Shown here piece after piece: positions 56,033 to 64,000 of a DNA stretch of 64,000 nt. The stretch lies in IMG/VR virus record IMGVR_UViG_3300047472_000231, positions 1 to 64,000 of that record. One strand, 5' to 3'. Position 1 is the stretch's first letter. Every line of letters begins with the position of its first letter. Under the pieces are notes generated by a model. It saw only the letters and a program-made list of their open reading frames with translations, was not told the origin of the DNA and did not search any database. Made by a program: the position numbers and the translations under genes. The DNA comes from a virus.

Positions 56033-56284
56033 ATGGACCGACAGCAGATCCTCGACCTCTACGAGTGGGAGCTAGGGGTCTGCTTCCGGCACCCCTCCAA
56101 AGGCGAGGTCCCGACGGCCCACGTCGAAACGATCCGCCCGCCGGCAGGAGGGCTGCAGGACGTTCGAGCTTGCAGCGAGTGCGTAGTCGACATGGAGGCG
56201 CACCGTCAGGCGACCGCCCTGCGCCACGGCGAGCCCTACTCCCCGGGACACCTGGCAGACTCGCAGGATGGACAACAGGCCTGA
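56033..56284 (+). CDS. Small Zn-binding protein
   Basis: GVCFRHP...ACSEC. Confidence 0.65.
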   Translation: MDRQQILDLYEWELGVCFRHPSKGEVPTAHVETIRPPAGGLQDVRACSECVVDMEAHRQATALRHGEPYSPGHLADSQDGQQA

Positions 56285-56309
56285 CCGGAGGGCCGGTAGG
56301 GGTGGATTT

Positions 56310-56703
56310 CCGGGGAGCGTCTGGGGAGAATGGGCGGCGGGGGAGCGCTCGGGGGGCGCCAGGTTACTCGGTACCGTTCGACTGTGTTCCGCTAAGTTCT
56401 CCAGTGCTTCGCTGGTCAGCGGGGTGACGGAGACTCACCGAGCCAAAGCCCCAAGTCACGCTCCCCAGCGATGACATATGGAGAACATCTGGCTCCGTAC
56501 CAAGAGGTACAACGCCTCCGGGAGCGTCGTCTCCGGTACGGGCGGGGTCTGCTATCTGTACTTCCCGGCGAAGCTTTCCCCAGCTCAGGAGCGTGCACTG
56601 GCCGCCGTGGGGGTCCGCTGAGCGCACAATGAGGGCCGCTCCCGATATCGTGGGAGAGGCCCTCATTCGCGTGATCGAAAGCGCCTGGGGAGTATCTGGG
56701 GAG
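56310..56703. other. Probable attP region
   Basis: Region at the integrase 3' end bounded by 11-bp-spaced CYGGGGAG pairs (56310/56321 and 56685/56696), resembling arm-type sites. Confidence 0.55.
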
Positions 56704-56708
56704 ATCTT

Positions 56709-58001
56709 TTAGGAAGATCCCTCGAACCAGTTCTGCATCGCCGTGCGGCCCCGCCCGTCTGCCTCCGGCATCATGTGCGCGTAGATCCTCAACGTGATCG
56801 ACGCGTTCTCGTGCCCCAGCCACTGAGAGACTGCCACGATCGGCTCCCGCGCATCCAGCTGCACCGACGCGAACGTGTGCCGCAGGGCATGGAACCCGTT
56901 CTCCCGGCTCTCCGCGTAGGTCTTCACCGTGCGGGTCACACCGGGGCGCGACGCGATCGGCTGCTTCGTTACCTCAGGCGGTCCGATGACGCCCGCCCCC
57001 GAGAGGGCCGGCTTCCAGATGCGCGTGTCCCAGGCGTCTCGGCGCATCCCGCCCCCGTTCGGCCCGGGAAGGATGAGCGCGTGCTCCCGCGGCTCCCGCA
57101 GCTCCTTCTCGCGCTCCGTCTCGCCCGGGGCGGGGTTCGACCACGGCAGCTTCACCAACTGCGCGGGCCGTGCAGCCAGATGATCCGAAATACGCTTCAG
57201 GAGATACGACGGCACCGGCACGTCCCGCGTCTTCTGCCCCTTCGGCAGCGCGTAGCAGAGTTTGGATCCGACCTTCTTGATCTGCCGCCTGACGTGGATC
57301 CGCTCGTTCTCCTCGTCGATGTCCTCCAGGGCGAGCCCGAAGACCTCGCCGGCCCTCAGGCCGGCCCCGACGCCGATGTCGACGGCGATCTGGAACCGCG
57401 GGTCCATCGCCTTTTGAACGGCAAGCACCCGCTCCTTGTCCCAGGCGCGCGGCTTCGGTGACGGCCGCGAGGGGGGCCGCACCGACTGCTGGGAACGGCA
57501 GTAGTTTTTGGTGATCCGTTCGTCATCGACTGCCGACTGCAGGATCGAAGCCAGGTAGTGCCAGGCCTCATTGACCGTCCCCGGGCCGACGCCGCCTTTG
57601 AGCTCGGCGAGCCAGCGTTTCAGCTGGGGCGTCTTGACCGCGTTCAACTGCAGGTTGCCGAGGTGCGGAAGGATGTGCGTCCAGACCCGGCTGTGCACCG
57701 TGTTCGCCGTCGCCGGGTCGTCGTAGCCCTTGTTCGGCCACCACTCCTCCTCGATGTAGTCCCGGAGGAGGAGTTCGCCGCGGCGTGGATCGATGAACTC
57801 CCCTGCCGACGCCTGGTGCTGAGCCTTCGCCAGCCAGGCCTTCGCCCCCTTGACGCCGGTCAGGTTGTCGAAGGAGCGAGCCCGGACGCCGGGGATCCCG
57901 GCGACCTTGTAGCGCTTGCCCTGGCCGTTTCGGTCGGTGGGCAGGCTGCGCTTCCCATCGGGGCCCTTCTTGTACCAGCGGTCTTCGATGTATCCGGGCA
58001 T
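56709..58001 (-). CDS. int: Tyrosine integrase
   Basis: GEFIDPRRG; GLRAGE, PKG, FHALRHTFAS, WLGH, LRIYAH. Confidence 0.93.
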   Translation of the reverse strand: MPGYIEDRWYKKGPDGKRSLPTDRNGQGKRYKVAGIPGVRARSFDNLTGVKGAKAWLAKAQHQASAGEFIDPRRGELLLRDYIEEEWWPNKGYDDPATANTVHSRVWTHILPHLGNLQLNAVKTPQLKRWLAELKGGVGPGTVNEAWHYLASILQSAVDDERITKNYCRSQQSVRPPSRPSPKPRAWDKERVLAVQKAMDPRFQIAVDIGVGAGLRAGEVFGLALEDIDEENERIHVRRQIKKVGSKLCYALPKGQKTRDVPVPSYLLKRISDHLAARPAQLVKLPWSNPAPGETEREKELREPREHALILPGPNGGGMRRDAWDTRIWKPALSGAGVIGPPEVTKQPIASRPGVTRTVKTYAESRENGFHALRHTFASVQLDAREPIVAVSQWLGHENASITLRIYAHMMPEADGRGRTAMQNWFEGSS

Positions 58002-58025
58002 GCGGTGTCCACTTCGTGGTTCGCG

Positions 58026-58475
58026 TCAGGCGGCGCGGCTGTCGGGCGAGTCCATGGTGATGATCTCCCCGTGCCACAGCTGGAACCACTGTCCTCCGGC
58101 CAGGAAGCGCTCGGTGGCGGGGTTCAGGGCGCGAACGAACTCTTCCGTTGTGGCGTTGGTTGAGACGTGGACCTTGACGAGTCCGCACGATTCACGGACC
58201 TCTACGCACCGGACGCGATCTATCTTGTCGTCGGGTTCGTACTCGACGGTGAGCGGGCTCTCGGGGGAGTCGGCGCTGATGATCTGGCCTCGCCAGATCT
58301 GGAACCAGCCGCAGTGGGCGAGGAACGCCTTGAGCGCGGCGTTGAGGGCCTCGGTGTACTGCTCTGCCGGAACGTCCGGATTGATCTTTACGCTGATGTG
58401 TCCGCGGGATTCGCGGATTTCGACGATCCGGCCTGGGTCGAGGTCTCTGGTTGCTTCGTAGACGACGCGCAGCAT
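58026..58475 (-). CDS. Hypothetical protein made of two tandem ~70-aa repeats
   Basis: VEIRESRG...ALN...FLA..WFQIWRGQII and VEVRESCG...ALN...FLA..WFQLWHGEII. Confidence 0.75.
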   Translation of the reverse strand: MLRVVYEATRDLDPGRIVEIRESRGHISVKINPDVPAEQYTEALNAALKAFLAHCGWFQIWRGQIISADSPESPLTVEYEPDDKIDRVRCVEVRESCGLVKVHVSTNATTEEFVRALNPATERFLAGGQWFQLWHGEIITMDSPDSRAA

Positions 58476-58633
58476 GCACCCTCCCGGTGTCACGGTACGC
58501 GTGGGCGCAATGCGCCGGACGCGCACGGTTGTGGAAGGGTACGCCGAGTGAGCGGACGTCGACAATCAGTTGAAGAGAATGTCTACTTGAGGACTTTTTC
58601 AGTCAACCTGCGACACGGGGCGCGACGCCACCG

Positions 58634-59065
58634 CTACTCGTTGTCGTGCCGCGCGCGCTCGTCGGCTTCAATCATCGCGCGCCAACGCCGCAGCTCAGGC
58701 TCAGACATGCCCGCCAAGTGGCCCACGATGATGCGAACGTTGTCGTTGTAGCCCGCAAGTTCCGTGGCCTCATATTCCAGCCACTGCGACGCTGCGGCGG
58801 CCTTGAGGCGCCGCTCGCTCACGTTGAGGGCCTTGGAGAGGGCCTTGATCTGCTTGGGGCTGGGGGAGTTCGCCGGCGGGTTGACGACGAGCCGTTGCAG
58901 GTAGGGCTTGGACAGCTTGGTGCCGGACTCGGGGTCGACGGCACGCTCGGACATCTTCTGGTAGGAGAGGCCTCGGTCGTTCGCGTCCTGGATGAGCTGC
59001 GAGAGCGCACCCCGGGGACTCGGCTCGTCCGTACCGGTTGCCCGGTCGGGGGCCGCTGCCGTCAT
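58634..59065 (-). CDS. Immunity repressor candidate (XRE-like)
   Basis: GLSYQKMSER...LSKPYLQRL...IKALSKALNV; divergent from the cro-like gene. Confidence 0.75.
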   Translation of the reverse strand: MTAAAPDRATGTDEPSPRGALSQLIQDANDRGLSYQKMSERAVDPESGTKLSKPYLQRLVVNPPANSPSPKQIKALSKALNVSERRLKAAAASQWLEYEATELAGYNDNVRIIVGHLAGMSEPELRRWRAMIEADERARHDNE

Positions 59066-59307
59066 GTCCTCTTCCTCTCGGGTCACGTCAGATACCGACT
59101 GTCTCTGTAGATACGTGCGGGCGCCCGAAAATTACCAGGTCAGTCAGTACAACCTTCCTGGATCCGAGACAGTTCGTCTACAAGTCGATGCTATCCAGCC
59201 AAGACTCTTACCGATACTCGACCCTCGGTCGTCTCGGATCTGTAGACGAAACGGCTCCACTGTGCTTTGCTGTGTTAGGCAAACACACCGCACCACTCGG
59301 GGGCATC

Positions 59308-59604
59308 GTGAGCCGACGTGCAAGCAGACGCTGGACCCTACGCAGCGTCGAGATCCTCAAGCACTACATGGAATTTCCGGGCCGAGGGCAATCCTTCTCG
59401 GTCCGCGGCCTGGCCGAAGACTCAGGGGTCAGTAAGGGCGTCATAGAGAACCTTCTGGCCGGCAGGCAGGACAACGCTGACGTCGATGATGCGACCGCCC
59501 TCTCGGAGGCCGTCGGTAGCGCGATCTTCCCCCTTTTCGCGCCTCCACCGTCTCCAGATATGAACCAAACGTCTCGTCCCCCCACCCCCATCAGTGAGGA
59601 ATAG
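59308..59604 (+). CDS. Cro-like XRE protein
   Basis: SVRGLAEDSGVSKGVIENLLAG. Confidence 0.7.
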   Translation: MSRRASRRWTLRSVEILKHYMEFPGRGQSFSVRGLAEDSGVSKGVIENLLAGRQDNADVDDATALSEAVGSAIFPLFAPPPSPDMNQTSRPPTPISEE

Positions 59605-59608
59605 ACCA

Positions 59609-59836
59609 ATGCCGAACAAGCCCAAGCCCCCGCCGAAGGGCTGGCTCTGGAGTGAAGACGCCGCCGACTACCTGGGTGTCCACGTCGTCACCCTCTACCG
59701 CTGGCGACGCGACGACATCGGACCAGAAAGCAAGCGCCACGGTGCCCGTCGCTACCGCTACAAGATCAGCGAACTCGACGCCTGGATGAACGGCGACCAC
59801 GCCGGCGCCAGCGAGATGAGCCACACCGCCGCCTAA
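59609..59836 (+). CDS. xis: Excisionase/AlpA-type HTH protein
   Basis: EDAADYLGVHVVTLYRWR...GP...YRYKISELDAW. Confidence 0.75.
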   Translation: MPNKPKPPPKGWLWSEDAADYLGVHVVTLYRWRRDDIGPESKRHGARRYRYKISELDAWMNGDHAGASEMSHTAA

Positions 59837-60096
59837 CGCGGCAAGCCCCCACCGCCGGGCTTCCACACACCGGCAGCAGGGGCCTCGCGGCCCGAGAGCC
59901 GCAGCGATCCACCCCGCAACCTCACGAAACGAAAGGGGCTTCACGTGCCTCGATCATCCCAGACTCCCAGGCCGAAGCCGCCGGTGCTGACGCCGGAGCA
60001 GAAGGCTCGCGCGATCGACCAGCGCAACGAGCAGGCCCGCACTCGCCCGGTCGCCCCCGTCCTCAAGGGCGCACCGAAGCCGACGGACGGTGCCCG

Positions 60097-60705
60097 ATGA
60101 GCGACTACTCCGAGTCCGCTGCCCGGTTCGCCCGGGAGACGCGCGGCCACGAGATGACCGTCGAGCACGAGGACGGCTTGTACCGGCACCTCAAGTTCAT
60201 GACCGAGGGGCGCGGCAGCATCGGCTCGTTCCAGCTGATCACGTGGCCGTACAACCTGGTCGTGAAGACGGGCTGGACGTTCCACTTCGACATCGACGCC
60301 ACCCCGGACATGTTCGACCTGTTCCGGAACACCGCTTTCAGCGGCGAGATCAACCCGAGCTACTGGCAGGAGAAGGTCCGCGCGGGCCGCGACGAGATCG
60401 ACGGCTTCTCCGACGGCCTGTTCGAGCAGCAGGTCAAGCAGCACGTCGTCGAAGCCATCCGTAGTGGCGACGCGCCGCGTGGCATCGGTGCCGAGGTCAC
60501 CCGAGAGATCTTCGAGTGGGGCGACATCTCCCACGAGGCGGGCGCCCGACGGGCGTTGGAGGACTTCCGCTTCCAGGAGTGGACCTTCGGTGAGACGTGG
60601 GAGTGGAACTTCCGCGACTACACGCCGGGCTTCCTGCACTCGTGCCACGCGATCCGTCACGGCATCGACATGTACGACGCCGCCCCGAAGGCGGTGGCCG
60701 CGTGA
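60097..60705 (+). CDS. Conserved phage hypothetical protein
   Basis: HEDGLYRHLKF...ITWP...INPSYWQEK. Confidence 0.75.
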   Translation: MSDYSESAARFARETRGHEMTVEHEDGLYRHLKFMTEGRGSIGSFQLITWPYNLVVKTGWTFHFDIDATPDMFDLFRNTAFSGEINPSYWQEKVRAGRDEIDGFSDGLFEQQVKQHVVEAIRSGDAPRGIGAEVTREIFEWGDISHEAGARRALEDFRFQEWTFGETWEWNFRDYTPGFLHSCHAIRHGIDMYDAAPKAVAA

Positions 60706-61502
60706 ACGCCGCCGAGTTCAACGCCCGCTACCCGATTGGTACTCCGGTCTTCGCCTACCCGGGCTGCCGCCCGGAGGACGACGCGAACGACGAGCGTCTC
60801 GTCACCTTCACCCGCAGCAAGGCGGAGGTGCTGGGCGGCCACACCGACGTCGTCTGGGTCGACGGGCACGGCGCCTGCATCGCCCTCGCCCACATCGACG
60901 TGCGGGCCGACGACGACGCGCCAGTCGGTATCACCAACCCCGCCCTGGCCGCCGGGATCGCCGAGCTGGGCGTCCCGCTGTCGGCGGACTGGGCGCCGCA
61001 GCCCGCCACCCCCCGCTGGCACCAGCTTCGCACCGAGCTGATCCGCACGTTCCGCCCCTACATGCCGGAGACGGCCGCGACCAAGGCAGTCGACACGCTC
61101 GACGAGGTGATCACGGAGGCGCTGCTGGAGGGCACCGCCGAGATCCGGCGCCTGAAGGACGAGCTGGAGCGGCGCACTGAAGACCTCGCCTTCCTGGAGC
61201 GGACCACTCTCCCGGAGCTGCGCCGCACGATCCAGCGCCACGAGGACGGCAAGAAGCGCTGGCGCGACCGGGCAGAAAAGGCGGAGGGCGAGCGTGCTCG
61301 CTTCAAGGCGGCCTGGCAGTCGGCCCGCTTCCGGGCGCAGGCCTACAGCGAGGGCATCCTCCGCGTCGTCAGCGACCGCGAGCAGTACCAGGTCTGGCTG
61401 AAGCAGGCCGAGGCCAAGCTCCTCAAGCTCCAGTACGGCTGCGAGACGCCCGAGAGCCACCTGCACGGCTGCTCCTGCATTCGGGCCGGGGGTGCGTCGT
61501 GA
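60702..61502 (+). CDS. Mosaic phage protein with coiled coil
   Basis: FNARYPIGTPV...TRS...GHTDVVWV. Confidence 0.7.
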   Translation: MNAAEFNARYPIGTPVFAYPGCRPEDDANDERLVTFTRSKAEVLGGHTDVVWVDGHGACIALAHIDVRADDDAPVGITNPALAAGIAELGVPLSADWAPQPATPRWHQLRTELIRTFRPYMPETAATKAVDTLDEVITEALLEGTAEIRRLKDELERRTEDLAFLERTTLPELRRTIQRHEDGKKRWRDRAEKAEGERARFKAAWQSARFRAQAYSEGILRVVSDREQYQVWLKQAEAKLLKLQYGCETPESHLHGCSCIRAGGAS

Positions 61503-61783
61503 AGGCCTTCCAGACCCCCGCCCCGCACATCACCCGCGCGGACCGTGCGGCCGGCGAACTGGCCGCCGACATCCGGGCGATCGTCGCCCGTCAGCGCAAC
61601 TGCCAGACCCTGGCCGACGCCGCCGCACACACACACTCCCCGTCCGACCGCATCGCCTACGCCCACGACGCATGGCTCCTCAGCCACCCCGATGGGGCGT
61701 GCTCCAGCGACGACGACTACCCGGCGTGGGCCACCGCTCTTGCCGCCCAGCCCACCTATTACCGCCCGTTGGAGGCGTCGTGA
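61499..61783 (+). CDS. Hypothetical protein
   Basis: GTGA coupling. Confidence 0.6.
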   Translation: MKAFQTPAPHITRADRAAGELAADIRAIVARQRNCQTLADAAAHTHSPSDRIAYAHDAWLLSHPDGACSSDDDYPAWATALAAQPTYYRPLEAS

Positions 61784-62154
61784 CCCTCTCCGAGATCTAC
61801 CTGAAGGCCGCCAAGGTCATCGAGTCGAACGGCCACGCCAAGGGCGACTTCTACAGCGTCCCCGAGAGCGGAGTCGGCATCGAGAAGAGCCGCAGCGAGT
61901 ACCCGGTGTGTGCGGCCGGGGCCCTGTCGGTCGTCATCTTCGACGACCCGGTCCCGCCCTGCGAAGGAGAAGACGGGCGCGCCGAGTTCGAAGCGGTCGT
62001 CGCACGCCTGAACGCGCGCATCGAGGACTTCCACCTGTACAGCTTCCACGGCGAGCCGCCCGTGCTGCGGCTGACCGGCTGGAACGACGCCGCCGAACGC
62101 ACCGCCGCCGACGTCATCGCCGCGTTCGAGCGCACTGCGAAGGCGGTGGCGTGA
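61780..62154 (+). CDS. DUF6197-like protein
   Basis: KAAKVIESNGHAKG...CAAGAL...WNDAAERTAADVI. Confidence 0.7.
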   Translation: MTLSEIYLKAAKVIESNGHAKGDFYSVPESGVGIEKSRSEYPVCAAGALSVVIFDDPVPPCEGEDGRAEFEAVVARLNARIEDFHLYSFHGEPPVLRLTGWNDAAERTAADVIAAFERTAKAVA

Positions 62155-62654
62155 TGGCGACCGTGATCGAACTCCGCCCGCTGGCCGACGACGTCGAGGA
62201 ATCCCTCATCCTGCTGGACCGGGACTTCGCCGCCGTCTACGGCCCCGACATGGGCGTCTGGGCGAAGGGCGTGCGCGGGGAGCTGCTGGAGATGCAGCGG
62301 GCCCGCCGCACCGCCGACCGCGAGACGCACCCGCTGCACCCGCGACGGGCCTCGGCTTCCCGCCGGCGCAGGCACCTGAAGCAACTCTCGTGGCGTGTTC
62401 GCGCGATCGCGCCCGGGGCCATCACCGTCCTCGTCACGCCGCTGTGGACCGACACCACCGGAACCGGAGTCCGTCACGTCGTCGCCCGCGCCCTCACCGC
62501 CGACGGGCAGATCGTCAAGTTCCCGGCCGGCGGATCCCGGCAGATCACCGCACTGCTGCAAGGCGCCTACCCGGCCGCGAACTGGGACCACCCGCAGACG
62601 TGGAGCGCCGCCAACAACACCCTCACCGACCGCATCAGCAAGGCGGTCGCTTGA
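62154..62654 (+). CDS. Hypothetical protein
   Basis: TGATG coupling. Confidence 0.65.
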   Translation: MATVIELRPLADDVEESLILLDRDFAAVYGPDMGVWAKGVRGELLEMQRARRTADRETHPLHPRRASASRRRRHLKQLSWRVRAIAPGAITVLVTPLWTDTTGTGVRHVVARALTADGQIVKFPAGGSRQITALLQGAYPAANWDHPQTWSAANNTLTDRISKAVA

Positions 62655-62893
62655 TGGGCGCCGAGCTCACCGACTACAGCCCGAAGCCGACCACCGCCGA
62701 GGCAGACGAACAGCGCCGGGCCGCGGTCCGCATCGCCGACCAGTTCGGCAAGGAAAACCCGCACCCGCTCGACGACGAGGACCCGGCCCAGGCCGGACGT
62801 GAGCTGGCCAAAGACCCGGCCATCGCCGCCGGAATCCTCGAACTCGTCGCCCAGCTCGGCATCCGACCCGACCAGATCCGGAGGACGCCGTGA
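62654..62893 (+). CDS. Small hypothetical protein
   Basis: TGATG coupling. Confidence 0.6.
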   Translation: MGAELTDYSPKPTTAEADEQRRAAVRIADQFGKENPHPLDDEDPAQAGRELAKDPAIAAGILELVAQLGIRPDQIRRTP

Positions 62894-63017
62894 TCCCGAT
62901 CCCGTCCATCCTCGCCGCCGCCCACATCTCCGTGACCGGCTGGACCGTCCTCGCCGCCATGGGCTTCCTCGCCGTGTTCGGCACCCGCATCAGTGACCAG
63001 ATCTCCAGGGGGAACCA

Positions 63018-63488
63018 GTGACCACTCGCACCCTTCCGCACGACGACTACATCAACGCCGTCACCGACGCGCTCACCGCCGCCAGCATGGAGCCCGCCGA
63101 CGCGTGGACGTCCGACGGGGAGACCCGCGGCATCTACTGCTACCTCAACGCCGTCCTCACCCTCCACCCCGACACCTCCGGCCTCAACGCCGAACGGTGG
63201 CCGAACGGCCTGATCCTCAGCTGGGAATGGCACACCGGCATCGAGGACGGCGAGCCCGAACGCGGCCCGGTCTGGGAGTGGGCCGAACTCCGCCCCAACC
63301 ACGGCGGCAACGACGAACCGGCCGCGCTCACCGCGGAGGGATACGCGGCTCCGGCCTACGTCGTCGAGAGCGTTCGCGCGCTGATCGAGCACCGCAACCA
63401 GTCCGTCACTGCCTCCCGCTGGGAGCGCGCCGACGAATTGAACGCGGCGTGCGAGGCGTGGGGCACGGACGAGGGGGCCGAGTCGTGA
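63018..63488 (+). CDS. Hypothetical Trp-rich protein
   Basis: AGGGGG RBS; codon bias. Confidence 0.65.
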   Translation: MTTRTLPHDDYINAVTDALTAASMEPADAWTSDGETRGIYCYLNAVLTLHPDTSGLNAERWPNGLILSWEWHTGIEDGEPERGPVWEWAELRPNHGGNDEPAALTAEGYAAPAYVVESVRALIEHRNQSVTASRWERADELNAACEAWGTDEGAES

Positions 63489-63588
63489 GCACCGCCATCT
63501 GGATCGCAGTCTCGCTGCCGTGTTGCGGGTGGCTGTCGATCGTCGCCCGCGAAATCCGCGACCTGCTCCAGCCCGCCAAGGAGGGCCA

Positions 63589-63948
63589 GTGACCACCCTG
63601 ACCATCCCCACCGACGCCGAGGTTGCCGACCTCATCGGCAAGGCCGCCGACGTCATCGACACCAACGGCCACTGCAAGCGGGACCTGTACGACCACAAGC
63701 AGGCCGCGGGCGGCACCAAGCCCGCCGGCTGCCGGGTCGACATCATCGGCGCCCTCAACATCGCCGCACACGGCACGCCCGTCTACACCGGCCGCGACCT
63801 GCGGGTGTGGGCTGCCGAGCAGGCGATCCTCGCCCGCATCCCGGAAGCGGCGATCGTCTCCTGGAACGACGCCCGCGGCCACGGCAAGCGGGAAGCCGCC
63901 AAGCTGCTCCGCGACACCGCGGCCAGCCTGCGGGAGGTGGCGGCATGA
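63589..63948 (+). CDS. DUF6197-like protein
   Basis: KAADVIDTNGHCK...IIGAL...SWNDARG. Confidence 0.7.
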   Translation: MTTLTIPTDAEVADLIGKAADVIDTNGHCKRDLYDHKQAAGGTKPAGCRVDIIGALNIAAHGTPVYTGRDLRVWAAEQAILARIPEAAIVSWNDARGHGKREAAKLLRDTAASLREVAA

Positions 63949-64000
63949 GCGAGGACATCACCGCCTGTGGCGAATGCCGGGAGATGGCAGCAAGCCGTCC

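Larger units (their letters stand above)
1..64000. mobile_element. Temperate siphovirus (Streptomyces-type) with an embedded TraB/clt transfer module; extends beyond both window ends
   Basis: Complete terminase-portal-capsid-tail-lysis cluster, integrase, repressor/cro/xis, dense overlapping small ORFs, no host housekeeping genes. Confidence 0.93.

Noticed and set aside
60097-63948. Recurrent KAVA/EVAA C-termini as degrons in the early operon
   Set aside because: Largely explained by RBS-like GG(A/C)GGTGGC sequences overlapping coupled start codons.

Overview
The whole 64 kb window is one high-GC temperate siphovirus, Streptomyces-type by gene content. I see no host housekeeping genes. Layout: end of an early operon of small phage ORFs (1-4.9 kb); an XRE-TPR regulator and a wHTH regulator; a plasmid/AICE-type transfer module (7.5-16.5 kb) with a DUF2637/Spd-like membrane protein, a TraB-like FtsK/SpoIIIE ATPase and a clt-like repeat array; a repressor-gated promoter driving an apparent ~300-nt structured ncRNA plus small ORFs (17.3-20.1 kb); a complete head-tail morphogenesis cluster (20.8-42.9 kb); an inverted sugar epimerase/glycosyltransferase cassette; a lysis cassette (C1 peptidase, endolysin, holin); a second, Xer-like tyrosine recombinase with a dif-like site; a DNA-damage-responsive small-gene island; an apparently intact attP; integrase; immunity switch; and the start of the early operon. 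Phage genes lie on both sides of attP/int, so this looks like the excised or virion configuration. Replication genes are not visible and are presumably outside the window. The strongest novelty candidates are (1) a complete phage that also carries a Streptomyces TraB/clt dsDNA conjugation system and a plasmid-style resolvase, and (2) the large structured ncRNA. All family assignments come from motif recognition, not database searches.
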